Assembly: GCF_000002075.1 (NCBI RefSeq)
Contig: NW_004797831.1
Location: 62,001 to 126,000 of the forward strand
DNA from: Aplysia californica
Lineage: Eukaryota
DNA length: 64,000 bases
Direction: 5' to 3'
This document shows positions 14,901 through 27,930 of the stretch, one piece after another. How positions within the stretch are numbered: the first letter of the stretch is position 1; every line of letters begins with the position of its first letter. Below the pieces are notes generated by a model that saw only the letters and a list, made by a program, of their open reading frames with translations, did not search any database and was not told where the DNA came from. The translations under genes and the position numbers were made by a program.

Positions 14901-17900
14901 TCATGTACCAGATCACACCATCATGTATACCTTAGCTCTGGCCACTTTGTCTCTTGGCAGAAGAGGAGGAGACGGATTTCTTTCCTCCAAGTACTCCATA
15001 ATTGGTATCTATCTCAAAGAAAAACAGACAAAAGTAAGATAATGCAGTGTTGGAATAGAAATCAGGAAATTATGCATAATTCAGAAAGGCATTTTTTTGT
15101 TGTTGCTTCTTTTTCCAGAATAATGAAATAATATGAAGGTTGATATTCTATTCAATGAAAACATACAGCGTAACTCTTTACTACTGTGGTGCACATTTCA
15201 CCAAACGGTAGCAGCAATGAAGATAAATAGGATAAAGTAGGCCTCAGACAAACCCTTTCGCAGCACAAAGTAATATTATAAAAACTGCTGAACATTCTCC
15301 TCCAATAACCAATATATAAATCGACATCTGAATTCACAAGTCTAATAATTAGACACCCTGATTGCAAATGTTTCTGCCCCTTTTTTCCCCCCAACATTGA
15401 TCTCTCATGCTAGGTACAAAACCTGTGATGTAGTCTCCGAATTTGAAAAGAATAGGGCTGAACATGGAGCTAGCGTGTTGTAAGAGGCAACTAAACAGCA
15501 ACACAAAATAAGACACCTGGTCCTCCGGGTGGGGGTTTGAGTGAAGGACTGGCACCTCTACCCCATAAAACAAATCTGTCACCATAGAAACATTCGGAAG
15601 AGGAAACAACCAGTTAGAAATCTTGGGTCTGAGCAATATCTTTTGACTATGCAAATATCTTTTTTTATGGCTGACTTTAAGCATCAACTTTGTCTGCTAA
15701 GAAATACGTTCGAATACACTCTTTAGTTTAGTAGTTTTAATAAGAGTTCTACGGCACTTGCAACACAAATAGGTCATATAAGTGCCCAAGATTAGAAGTG
15801 TCACAAGAGAGTAACATACACAAAAAAGAACGAGGGGAGATAAGAATGATTGACGTTTGATTTTAAGAGAAAGAAGGAGCAAACCACACCAGAGCATCCA
15901 CCAACCACCCACTAATACACTCTGATATTAGCATAAACTGATGATGAGGCCAGTGTGCTGAGTAGGTGTTTTAATGAAAGAAAAGGGCAACGTGGTCAAA
16001 AGACAATGCTTTGGACTTGATTGATGTATACAAAAAAATATCAATGACTTTGGGGGGGGGGGGGGCTACACCTGAAGGCTATCTCGCTTATTACTGGACC
16101 GAATTTTACCACATTCATGTAAGGAGTTTTAAAATCCGCAATCAAATTTGAGAAAACAGTTTGTTTCCATGGATACGGCGGCCATATTGGATTTTGTTGA
16201 CATGTCTTACGTAATGAATACCGCACTTGTCGCTCTTGGAAATTGATTGTTTTTTTGCATGCGTGTTAACACATATTAGATCTAAAAATTTGTCTGTTGT
16301 TTTTTTCCTAAACGAATTAGAAAATTTTTTATGAATTTTTTCCTGAGGTAGCATTCAAGTTTTTTAAAAATCAGTGAAAATCCACACTCCAGACACCACC
16401 AACAAAAATCTATTCCATATATCAAAAATTCAACAGACAAATTTTTAGTATTACATCTTCTCTTCATTCTGTGAAAATTTAATGAAGATTGGATGAAAAA
16501 TGGTGGAGTTATTTAAAAAAGTATAGAAAAAAGTCGCGTTTTGAAAAAACGGACGATAAAGAAAAATAAAATATTGACTTTATGAAGAAATGGTGGTGAC
16601 AAACATTCCCGGTATGGGAAAAAATACGTTTTTTTTTTGTTCTTATGCGATGAAATAGTTGTAAGAGTGGCTGAGGAAGCTAAAAATGCCTACAACTCAA
16701 ATTTCATAATTTTGTGCCGAATCTTGACTTTAGGGGTGTAGCCCCCCCCCCTTAAGTGCAAAGAGGACGGCAACAGACAACTCAAAGACAAAGCATAGGA
16801 GGAGCTTGTTAGTTACGAGAAAAACTTTGACACAAATGCTGTAAGGAACAGTGTCATTACAAAATGATCCTTGTATGATCTGCGTATTGCCAGGAATATC
16901 AATGTTGTAGTCAATCTCTCATGTGGCAAAATTGTCTCACTCATCATGGTATTCTGTTTGTTTGTCCAGGGACTCACGATGAGCAGCAGCTTGATGAACG
17001 TGCTGTCGTCCATTCGTAAATCAATCCGTGGGTCTGAAGAATAATCCATCAATTCACGAAGCAAGTTGATGTTTGAGTGTTTAGACCTATGGAGAAGCCA
17101 CTTTTTGGACCAAAGCCTCTTTTGCTTCTTTTTCAAATATAGACCCATAGCTAGATTTGTGGTTTGTCGTCACAATGGTATGCACTAGGTTTGCACAGTC
17201 CTGGCCAGTGCCGTGTTTGTGCACTCGGCCCAGGTCATCTCAGCGGGCCTCAGGACAAAACTCAAGGCGGCCTCAAGGATCATCCGAAGGACGGCCTGTG
17301 TTGTGTGTGGCCCGCATAACAGTCCAAACATTAATAAACCTCCAAACAAAATCATGCGACTTAGCAGCACTCACAGACTGAGAGAGGTGCATCCCATCGA
17401 TGAACAGTGTCGGCAACTGACGCATTGGATTCAACGCTTTGAACTCATCAGTCAGCTGTGAATTAAAGAGGTGCAAGGTATACAGTTGATCAGGTAAAAC
17501 TTGAATTCGTCTCAACAGTATCATTGTTTCTAGTTTATCGCAGTCAAAGTCACAAAAGTAGGATTGGTGTTCTGCTGTTGTAATTAAGTTGTATACAGTA
17601 TAATACGGATAGGTCAAAAACAGAAGACTCGAAATTTTCACTTCAAAGAAAAAATTGTAAATTTATGCACTTATAAGAAAAGAGGATTAAAAAGGACTTA
17701 TTGTTGAACGAGTCATAGATTATGAAATCACCAGACTAGCTTTTATCATTATAACACCATGTATTTTCATTCAAAATGGAAATGTTTTCTGTGCGTAAAT
17801 AACAGCAAAAAAAACCTATAAGACTTTGAATTTTTTTCAGTCATGCTGTAGACTCACACTCTGTCAGTTGATGGCAAGCATCTCTTGCAACACTCACTAC

Positions 17901-20900
17901 CAATAAAGTACAGAACACTATTATCATCATTGCCTTTCTCACCCTGGATCAGGATATAGGCTCTGCGCTAGCCGCTTGATGTTATTTCAGGTCTCCCCAC
18001 TTATCTGTACATTTATTTTTGTGACTCTTCTCTGGGTCCTACGTGGTCTTCCCCTTGATTATTACCATAAGAACCCCCCCAGGTTACCAGGATCAATTAT
18101 TGTCAACTACTGGGAAAGAGATCACTTGTCTCAGCCAGCTTGTAACCACACAGTGTGCCTTTGTGTGGAGTCTACAAGCCTCGACCGTACTTCAATTTTG
18201 AAAATAAGATGAAATAAAAAAGAAAGAATAAGCTTCCCCTTTAAAAAGAATAGAAATTTATCTAAAGTCATCACCTACATGCTCTCCCTTTACCAAGCTG
18301 AGAGATACTTTCTTATGTTCCAGACCTTTCAGTGCCAGCGCTGAAAATACAAGCGGGATGTATGATGATTAGCTTTCTTTCTTACCAATAACAGGAGCAT
18401 CTTGAAACAAACTAGACTCAACAGGTTAAAAAATATTGAAATGGGTTGGAATGAAGACTTTTATAAATTCAGAAAGGCTAAGGTAAAGGAATAAATCTCC
18501 TTGAAATTGGCATGATTGCTTTCAGCAATGTTTCCTGATGACAAAATATTTGAAATTAAAACTTGCACTCAGGCCTTGGGAGCTCTTCTGTACATTCTAA
18601 GTTGGACAGCACTCGTTTTTTTTCAAAGAAAAACTGGGAAGAAAATTATGAAATTAAACAAACCTTTTTTGTGAAACGACCATCGACATCTTTATTTGAA
18701 TAACTGATTTATCGCGAAAATACCAGAAACTGATTTTGACAACTCAGTGAAATGACGCTGATGATATCCAAAAAGTCCATTCTCTGACACGGTGAAATTA
18801 ATCAAATGAGATGGAATGTGAGGGTGGGGGTGGGGGTCTTTTATCTGTATCCCCCCCCCCCCGATGAAACTCTTGCCTGTCAAGGCCTACTACACCAGGT
18901 ACAATTCCAGATTCTTGTAGTAGGCAAAGTTGTATGATTTAAAAAAATTTCCATCAGTTTTTTTGCAAACCTGGTCCTGTGACAGATGGGGCCTCACACT
19001 TTGTGTTTTCCAAAAAAAAAAGGTACCAAAACTTTGAAGGTCCCATTTGCATGCAGGGCACTTTGAAGACACCTTTGGTATGCCGAAAGCCAAAAAGAAG
19101 CAAGCCTGTCAAAGCTCGCAGCAAGGACCAAAAAAAATTTGTATGGTGAATTCGTGAAACTTTGATCAGAAAAATTTGTTTAGAAAGCTTTCGCAAAAGG
19201 CAATATATGCACATGGCTGCTGTAAAGAAAAGAGGCAATTTAATATGCTCAAAAGGGAATGTAGGCCATCCACACACAAATTAGTGGAAATGTGGCAAGC
19301 ACTACAATTACTCTTGAGTAAACAGGAAAGAGTTAATTAAAATGGAGGAGGAGGGAGAAGGAGGAGGAGGAGGAGCAGCAGCAACAGAAGCAGCAGCAGA
19401 AGAAGAAGAAGAAGAAGCAGCAAGAGAAGTTGTGACAAGGAAATCTTTTGTTTTGCCTTATTCAAAATTCTCCTACTTCACTTAGAAGGAACAAAAATCA
19501 AACTATACCTATACGAAGTCTCCATGAGGACGAACTTTTGTAGAACCCATACAGTATAATCTGAAACAGAAGAAATGTTTCCACAAATCACTTTACAAAA
19601 CAAAATGGCAACTAACCAATTTTTCAAACACAACTGAGTCCAAACTAAGAAAAAGCATCAGCACATTTCAGAGTAGAAGAAAACAAAACAAACAAAAAAC
19701 TACTGATCTTGGGCTCAGTGCACTGTTTAGCTTTATAAACTTCAGAAGAAATTTCTTTTTAGTAAATGAATGATTTGACATTGTTTCTTAAATATCAACT
19801 ACATGATGTGCGGAAAAATGTACATTACATTAATAATGTTATAACTGTTGTGTAACCTATCAGGATTTAGACAGTACCTCTTCTTTTAAATTAGTGGTCA
19901 CTTTACGGTGAGAAGTGTACAAGAGGACAAAAATAAAACAAAGCCCTTTCAAGGTACTCTTTCTAAATCTATTTGTACCCATAGACTGAACAATATATCA
20001 CAATATGTAGGGTTTTATTGACAGATCCAACATCAGCAACAGTGGCATATCTACCTCTGCCATTAACTATCATATATCATACGGACAGTAACAACACATC
20101 TAATAATACTCGCAGTGGTGTTCCACCCCAACTCTGATCCCTTAGTAAATGAAAGTTTCTTATAACGAAAACAGCAGTCGAAACCGCTTTGATCGTACGT
20201 AATGAACACACAGTGATCAGCTTGGCGGCTTGATCGTTTTTCCAAATCACTGTTGTCACCGCTTACAACTATAGCAACCTAACAGCCAATCAAATGTCTT
20301 TAGGGCTCAGCAAAGGATAAGCCCATTCCCACGGACCGTCCTTAATGAAACTCTTCTTGTAAAAAGATAGAAGATTTGAAAAAAGAACACTGCGCAGAGG
20401 GCTCACGCTCTCCTATCCCTGAAAATGGGGTGAAAGTTTGCGACACACTTTCCGCCAGTGACACAGTTACCTATGCGCTCATTGGGCCTTTGTTAGGTGC
20501 GTTCTACTTCTACTTTTCGCGACTGCCTTATCCAGGTCATCGACGGAATAATGGTTGAAGTGCTGTGTGTGTGCATGTTTGTGTTTGTGCTGCTGAAATT
20601 TAACAGTAATCACGTCAAACCAGATGAAATTACAGCAATTTTGTAGGGGAAACTGCTTCGTCCCCACAATCCAGAAGAATGTGACTTAATTAGAACAAGA
20701 TGATGGAAGACAAATAGGAGACTCTTCTCTTTTGAATGGATCTCAAAATGCTGCGGTTCACCGTGAAATATAGAAAAACTATCACTGTGTTCTTATTCTG
20801 CTACTTTATGATAATAAAGAAGTGGAAGCAACCGAAGCCCTACACAACTTTTGATCCACCCGCCGCCACTGAATCCTCGTGTTCTTTGCAAACCCCAGGG

Positions 20901-22078
20901 AACAAAAGGGCTCTAACTATAAGTATATGGACCAGAATCTAGGAATTAGCCTAGAGTGAGAATAAAGCCTGAGAAAGTGGGTTTTTGGTTAGAATATTTA
21001 GTCAGATATGGCGGAAAACACAGCAGAGGGCAAAATGGCACTTTCTGTATTCTGAACAATTTTTCTCAGAAATGGGATAACTGTGTGTGTGTATCTTTAG
21101 TTGATATCGTAGAGTGAAGTTTCGAGAAGCTGAGACAGCAAAATTTTTGTGAAGTTTTACATTTTTGGGCAGCAGATTGGAATACATTCAAGACATTTTC
21201 ATGTGTTTTCAGTGATACTAATAAGTTTTAGTGGTTTTGTTGACATATTTTTGTATGGTTAGTTTTGGCTTGTTACCCGCGTCTGTGGAATTGTAGTTAT
21301 AAAAGGGGTTTAAATTCCCTGTCGCAAGCAGGAGACCTGAATACAGTCCCCAGTTGGGAAAATCTTTATTGAGTTGAGCATCTCGGATCGTTCTTCCTGC
21401 TCGGGTGCTGAGTTGTGTCTCTCAGCCCGTATGTTGGTCCTGACAATTAAGCAGGATCAGAAGCCTGCGTCCTTGATGATCGAAATTGTGTTGATGGGGC
21501 CATAAAAAAAAATGTTGGCTACTTACACTTAAAAAATTTTAAATGGTATATTGGGGTTAATTTTCACAGAAACTTGCTTGAACTTTCAAAATTCTTGATT
21601 GAACAAAGAATTTAAACAATATAGCCTACATGAAACACTAAAAATGTCGATGTTGTAGAATCTAGATCTAACTAATCTAAGTCTTTTTTATACTGTTTAC
21701 ACTGAGCCAGAGTACCAAGCAGAGATAAAAATTTGTCTAGTTTTTAACCTTTGTTGTGTTATTTTTCTATCACAAATCATTACTCATGAAAAGCAAGACA
21801 ATTTAATAAGCCTTGGCCAAAGCATTTTTTTTTTTGGTGATGTGATGTTGAAAGTGAAAGTTGTATCTCTGTTGGCTATAATAGAGATTTAGGTAGATCT
21901 AGGAGGGTGTAAAAAACGAAAATTCTCAAAATTTGGACTTAAGTGGATTGCTTGCGCCAGCAACGATATGAGGTAGAGCAATGTAAAATTATGGAAAGCA
22001 AGCCGTTATGTTGATCAAATAGGCACAGACAGAAGCCTAGGTAGATAGGGGGAAAAACTTTACCTTCTCAGCTGCCAT
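11944..22078 (-). CDS. GSTZ1: Glutathione S-transferase zeta / maleylacetoacetate isomerase, paralogue 2 (215 aa, 8 coding exons)
   Basis: Exons 22078-22064, 19560-19509, 18340-18279, 17455-17375, 15008-14931, 14450-14327, 13661-13556, 12073-11944; intron positions and phases match paralogue 1, 648 nt. Protein [31 protein letters not shown]...[10 protein letters not shown]...SGIQPYQT...[10 protein letters not shown]...[12 protein letters not shown]. The 15-nt first exon is the least certain part. Confidence 0.92.
13168..13340. mobile_element. pogo/Tigger-like MITE
   Basis: 22-bp TIR CAGTCGACTCCGCTTGTGCTGA / TCAGCACAAGCGGAGTCGACTA. Confidence 0.75.
16052..16751. mobile_element. Kolobok-like non-autonomous DNA element
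   Basis: TIR (G)nCTACACC...GGTGTAG(C)n with TTAA on the right; the left TTAA is degraded. Confidence 0.55.
16813..17335 (-). mobile_element. Degenerate PIF/Harbinger transposon fragment with a partial transposase reading frame
   Basis: ORF 16813-17148 ([66 protein letters not shown]) fits the Harbinger transposase N-terminal pattern LRMxxxTF..PxxxKxxTxMRxxIxPxERLxxTLxFLATGxSYxD. No DDE core is present. It lies in an intron of GSTZ paralogue 2. Confidence 0.75.
19345..19425. repeat. GAG/GCA/GAA trinucleotide low-complexity tract
   Basis: Read directly from the sequence; intronic. Confidence 0.85.
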
Positions 22079-22821
22079 TGTCCAGTTTAAAAACACAAAG
22101 CAATCAGCAAGTCAAGTTGCAGTTCGTGCAGGTTATCGTTGTAATGTAAAGCAGCACAATACGAAATTCTGCTGGGGCACCAGGGCATTGGCCTACTGCT
22201 AGGTACGTCGCGAGGATGCAATCCCTGAATTTGAACGATGACTGCTTACCGTCCGTGCCTCTTCTGCTCTCAAATACTTCGTTTTGAAGCACCGAGCTAA
22301 ACCAAAGATAGTGGGAGGCTAAACTTTGGAAAAATTGAGTTGAATGTCATCTTCTAGGCTTAAATGTTCGATATATGTAATACCAGACCTAAAGTTCGGA
22401 AAACTCGTCTTCACCTCTGACCTTTGAACTAAGCAGACAGAAATAACCATAGATTATAACAGGCATGGGTAGATCACTGACACCAGTGGATTGGGGAATC
22501 CCGAAATGATGCCAAAGAGACTTGCTGGTGGGCGGCAGGAAAAAGGCACTGTGTGTGCCTGGAGTCTTCCCCATATCTGCAGGCCTATGTCAATGCTTTT
22601 AATACTGGAGACAGGAATAATGTTCCTTTCAGTTAGTTAAGTTAGTATGTGCCCAATCTAAATCAGCTAGTATAAGTATAAGGCTGGTGTGCTGATCAGT
22701 TCAGTGGGCAAGGGGGTTATGAAACTAGAATTCTCAGGCCCTTGGTGGCGGGCTATTACGGGACCCATGAGCTATTACTATAGTGGAGCTATTCAGCTGT
22801 TCAAAAATCTCCCCCCTCCCC

Positions 22822-23064
22822 ATAGTGGTTTGGCCCTCAGACTCGCAACCATAAGGTTGTGGGTTCGAATCCCGGCAGGGACCTGACAATATGTCCTTGG
22901 GAAAGGCACTTTAGACGAATTTTCCTCACTTCACCCAGGTGGGAATGGACACCAAGCTATAGACGGTGAAAGATCTTGTTAGTTTGTCAGTGTTTGAGCG
23001 CTTAATGAACTGCCAGCACTGTATGCTTCCCGTGAAGCTGAGGATGTTTCGGAGTGTACTATGA
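22822..23064 (+). mobile_element. Truncated copy of the same CORE-type SINE
   Basis: Colinear with 58203-58443 (GGTTCGAATCCCG, GTCCTTGGGAAAGGCACTTT, CTGTATGCTTC). Confidence 0.85.
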
Positions 23065-23218
23065 CAAACACAAGGTGTGACTGTTATCACAAGCAAATAC
23101 AACATGTAGGGGCCTACATAGAAACAGGATGCAGCTTAGCATGGCATTTCCCAAAGAAAGATTTAAAAATTAATTTTTGTGTGCAAGATTTCTACCTACG
23201 GCACTTGCAACACAAATA

Positions 23219-23374
23219 CAGTATAACACAGATAGCTCGAATTCGTCGGGACCGGCCTAGATAGTTCGAGGGATCCATAGTTTGAGGGATATCTTACATA
23301 GATAAAAAAGAAAAAAAACCGCGGGATCGCAGGCACAGTTCGACGAATGTGTTCGACCTATCTGTGTTATACTG
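23219..23374. mobile_element. pogo/Tigger-like MITE inserted in a type A retroposon; other copies at 48544-48713 and a fragment at about 17595
   Basis: TIR CAGTATAACACRGATAGSTCGAA preceded by TA. Confidence 0.75.
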
Positions 23375-24089
23375 TCGTTCGTTCATATAAGTGCTAAAGA
23401 TTAGAGAGTAACAAACATGCAAGGATAACTCAAACACGTTGAGATTGACAAGTGTGTTCGACATACCCATAATTCGATTTACTGATAAAGAAACATAAAA
23501 GAGATATCAGTTGGGGAATTGCAAATTGTATGAGCTATACGTGATTTTGAGTTTTTCATGTTCGTGTCATCTGTTTTTTTAGTAGAGGTTTTACGGTGCT
23601 CGCAACTGCATAAGGCCATAAGAGCACCAGTAACAAACATAAAAAAGAAGAAGGGGAGATAAGGTCGATACATGTTTGATAGGAAAGAAGAAGCAAACCA
23701 CACCAGAGCACCCGTCAACCACCCACGTGTCATCAGTGTCCGACTGCACAAAGAAAAGAAAGAGGGGAGATAAGGGTGAGAGACGCTTGACAGGACAGAA
23801 GGACAAAACCACACCAGAGCACCCGCCAACCTCCAGCAAAAATAGAAGATGGAACCAAAAGAAGTTATTCAAATAAATTACCAGGCACTATGACAATTTT
23901 ACAATTTTATTTGAAAAGTGAACAATCCCATTTCAAAAGCAACGTGAGGTAGGCTACATTTATGCAAAAGAAATGCGCTCCCAAAGCAAAGAACTCCCAA
24001 GCATTTTCATTTTTTGTTGACACCTCATAAGATGGAGGCACTCACATTCACAGGCATCAGCATGAGTAGGCCTACTCATGCACTCATGT

Positions 24090-24630
24090 TTTAGTTTAGT
24101 TTTAGTAGAGGTTTTACGGCGATCGCAACTGCATAAGGTCATATGAGCGCCAAGGGGTGGATGTCAACAAAGTAGTCCTTACAGGAAATCAGACTTACTT
24201 TGCTCACCTCTCTAGCTTCAACAGCACAAAGTCTGCTTCGACTATCAAGGCACCCCAGTAATAGTTTGTTTGTTTTAGTAGAGGTTTTACGGCGCTCGCA
24301 ACTGCATTAGGTCATATGAGCGCCAGAAGATTAGAGGTGTTACAAGAGAGTAACAAACATAAAAAAGAAGGAGGGGAGATAACGACGATAGATGTTAGAT
24401 TGGAAAGCCTCACAAGAGTGTGACAAACATACAAAAGAAGTAGAGGAAAAATGACAATAGTAAGGATTAGGAAAGAAAAAGCAGCAGTTTCCTGTTGTAG
24501 ATCAGGCACAGTTATGAGCATGACATTGATGAATCAGCCCATTTACAATTCTACTGTGAATGAACGAGAAATGTCCCCCCTTTGGGAATGGCCTAAAGAC
24601 ACTTCAGTCAGTGGCACCGCCCCGGGGGGT
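24090..24630 (-). mobile_element. Type B non-coding retroposon (shared tail, CCCCCCGGGG 5' end), with a type A copy nested at about 24265-24408
   Basis: Colinear with 27537-27930 apart from the nested insertion. Confidence 0.75.
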
Positions 24631-25349
24631 GCCCTCATGTTTAGAAAGTATAAAATACATTTGTTTATATGATTATAACTTGTAATATGAAGAAATGTGC
24701 ACCCTTTTATTTAAGTGTATAACAGCTTGTTTGCTTGACCGCAGTGAGTATCTAAGGTGCATCAAAATTATCAGTAATTTCAGAACCAGTAGGCATGGTC
24801 ACTGAAACAATCATAAAATTTGAAATTGGACCAACATCAATTTTGATTTATTGAAGAGCCATCTATGACCAGGTCCTGTTTTGGCCCAACACAGAAATTT
24901 TAAAGAAAGTTCTAAAGCTAAGTGTCAGCAAAATTTACCAACAATGTGATATAATTCCCGAAATATGACAGAAACACAAATTACTCACACACCTTATGAC
25001 AGGATTCAAGTGTCATTGGGGTAATATCCCTCGCACAAGAGAAAAATTTCACTTTACCATAGGATTAGATCTAGGCGTTTTGTGCAAAAATACACAAATG
25101 TAAGATCATAACACACAAGAGCAAGAATACACAAAGAATACTCACTAATAACACTTTCTCTTTTAACAATCTCCCCCCCCCCCCCATAAAAAAACAGGCA
25201 CAATTGTTAATTATTATTGAACAAAGACATCATAAATTTACTAATTCATGCAATGTTGACAATAATGAAAGGAATTTTAAGTAATGACTCTCACTATCTG
25301 AGAAAAAACCTGACCACCCTTGCATAGATTTGATTATGACAACCACTTA

Positions 25350-25530
25350 TCTGTCCCTGTGGTTTTATGCACCATGCATAAGTTAGCAAAATGTGATCAT
25401 TTTTTGCATAATTTCTGATTATTTTCCTTAATCATTCTTTGTTAAAATTAACAGAATCGCAAAATTTCACATTTTTAGGCTCAGTATGCATAATTTCAGA
25501 ATTTTTCTTGCATAAAACGATGGGGACAGA
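25350..25530. mobile_element. MITE with 4-bp TSD (copy 1)
   Basis: TIR TCTGTCCCYGT.GTTTTATGC; TSD CTTA; highly similar to 53680-53863. Confidence 0.8.
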
Positions 25531-27358
25531 CTTATGCTAGTGCCACTCATTAAGAAGATGCACAACTCAGCACAGTACAATTCAAACTATTCTATTATAT
25601 TATAAAACATCTAATAGTGGTATAACATATATATATTATATATATTCATCTATTGTTCAGAATGTCAAAGAGATTTATAAAAAGAACGGAATGTGAGTCT
25701 TTTCTTTGGTCATTTTGTCAAGAGGTAGCTAAAAATATCTTTCAGCATGATGGACGAATAAATGCTATGGTTTAATTCACGAAAAAACCTGGGCCGTAAA
25801 GTGCTGAGGAAGATCAAAGACCTACAGTCGCACGTCCCAAATGAAAGAGAAAAAAGAAGCATTTACCAATGAACGACAGCTTCAACTTAGGAAAATATAT
25901 GACAATAACTGGCAATAATATAAATAAGATAATTTGAGATTCAACTGTATACTGACGTAAAATAAGTTGAAAAAATTGACACTCATTATATTGCAATTCA
26001 GAACACAAGTAACAAGAATGGTAAGCTTAATCAGTTAATGTATATTTCAAATTCCTACCAACAACTTAAAGAGTCCTGGAAAGATTTTCTACTCCCAGTC
26101 CCACTCACAACTTAAGACAACACTAAGTCCAGCAAATAGGAAGCACTCTGAAAGACGTTAGAGGTTCTATTGCTGCAGCAAAGTATTGCACATGGGACAA
26201 CTTTCATTGCCTGAGACTCTTCATGTTTGTGGTACGTACATTTAAAAACTTCCACCTTCACACAGCATTAGAAATATCATAGAGAACCCCAGAGACCTTC
26301 CTATGTCATGTGTGTGTTTGTAGTTGGGATGTCTCACCCCACCATATCAACTCCCTCTTACAAGCCAATGCTTGAGAATAGGAACTAAGCAGAATAGATA
26401 AATAAAGCTTTACGCAAAATAGTGATAACTGCAATAATACTTAAATTGAGTACATTACATGCCAAATACCTAAGAATTGTAACTATAAAGTAAAGAGAAA
26501 AAAACTTTTTGTTTACATACTACAGCAGATTCTGCAGCAAACACGTTTAATTTGATATTCCTGATCACATCAAAGGATTTTAAATTTCCGCTTACCCCTT
26601 TTATTCTATTAAGTGCAGCTTTCCTTAATATGACAAAAAATTCAAGCAGATCTGGTTCACACAACCAAATTCATCATACCTCCCGCCAGAATCCCCCTCC
26701 CTTTCCTTTTCTTCCCCTACTCACAGTAGCCTGATGTTGTCAATACATGTCACACAACTCACATTCAACAGGTTATTGTTTGTTTTATAGAGGTATTATC
26801 TTTATAATTTTCAGCTATGATTTATAAATTCCATCTTATTCTTTGTTCTTATACATTGATCAAGGTTGAAAATAAGGTTTCCCTTGCACGTTTATATGAC
26901 CAAAACAAAACAAACAAGTTTCCCCTTTTTTCCAATTCCGAAAGTTAACAGCTCCGCACTTGTTATTAATGGCGAAAGATAGGTAACACTACACAAGGAG
27001 TTGCATGTTATCTTGTCAGTTCCAGTTGTAATAAACAGTTGGACAGGAGCCGCCATCTCCTTTTTAAATTCTTTTCATTAAAGCGCTCTGCTAAGTACAA
27101 ATTCTGCTGAACATGAACAAATTCTCTGGTCCTAGGAAGCTCATATTATGAGGGGATGGTTTTATTTGTATATTATAAATCCACACAAAATAAATAGACA
27201 CAAACAAGCAACAACAAAAAAGTGATCAGTTTGGCCAATTCAACTTGAAAAAAAAAAAAAGAAAAAATTCAGTCAGGAACAACTTCAGTATTAGTATATA
27301 AGTTACGCATGGCATCAATAGAAAGAAAAAGAACCCTCAAGAAGGGGGCTAAGGCTGT

Positions 27359-27533
27359 ATCATAAAGTTGTATCATACATACATGAATCATAAAGTTGTA
27401 TCATACATACATGAATCATAAAGTTGTATCATACATACATGAATCATAAAGTTGTATCATACATACATGAATCATAAAGTTGTATCATACATACATGTAT
27501 CATGAAATTGTATCATACATACATGTATCATGA
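27359..27533. repeat. 28-bp minisatellite, about 6 copies
   Basis: Unit ATCATAAAGTTGTATCATACATACATGA. Confidence 0.95.
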
Positions 27534-27536
27534 ACA

Positions 27537-27930
27537 TTTTTTTTAGTAGAGGGTTTTACGGCGCTCGCAACTGCATAAGGTCACATGAGCGCCAAGGGGT
27601 GGATGTCAACAGAGAAGTCTTTACAGGGAATCAGGCTTACTCTGCTCACCTCTCTAGCTTCAACAGCACAAAGTCTGCTTCGACTATCAAGGCACTACGG
27701 AAATAGCGGGTCACAAGAGTGTGACAAACATACAAAAGAAGTAGAAGAATATGACAATAGTAAGGATTAGGAAAGAAAAGCAGCAGTTCCCTGTTGTAGT
27801 TCAGGCACAGTTATGAGCATGACATTGTTGGATCAGCCCATTTACAATTCTACAGTGCATTAGAACGAGAAATGTCCCCCCTTTGGGTATGGCCTAAAGA
27901 CACTTCAGTCAGTGGCACTACCCCGGGGGG
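27537..27930 (-). mobile_element. Type B non-coding retroposon, uninterrupted copy (about 390 bp)
   Basis: Same body as 24090-24630; flanked by TATCATGAA on both sides (possible TSD). Confidence 0.75.

Noticed and set aside
23479-23876. Recurrent peptides such as KKQTTPEHP and LAGALVWF (also at 2106, 15697, 61917)
   Set aside because: Translations of the type A retroposon, with frames not conserved between copies; not a gene family.
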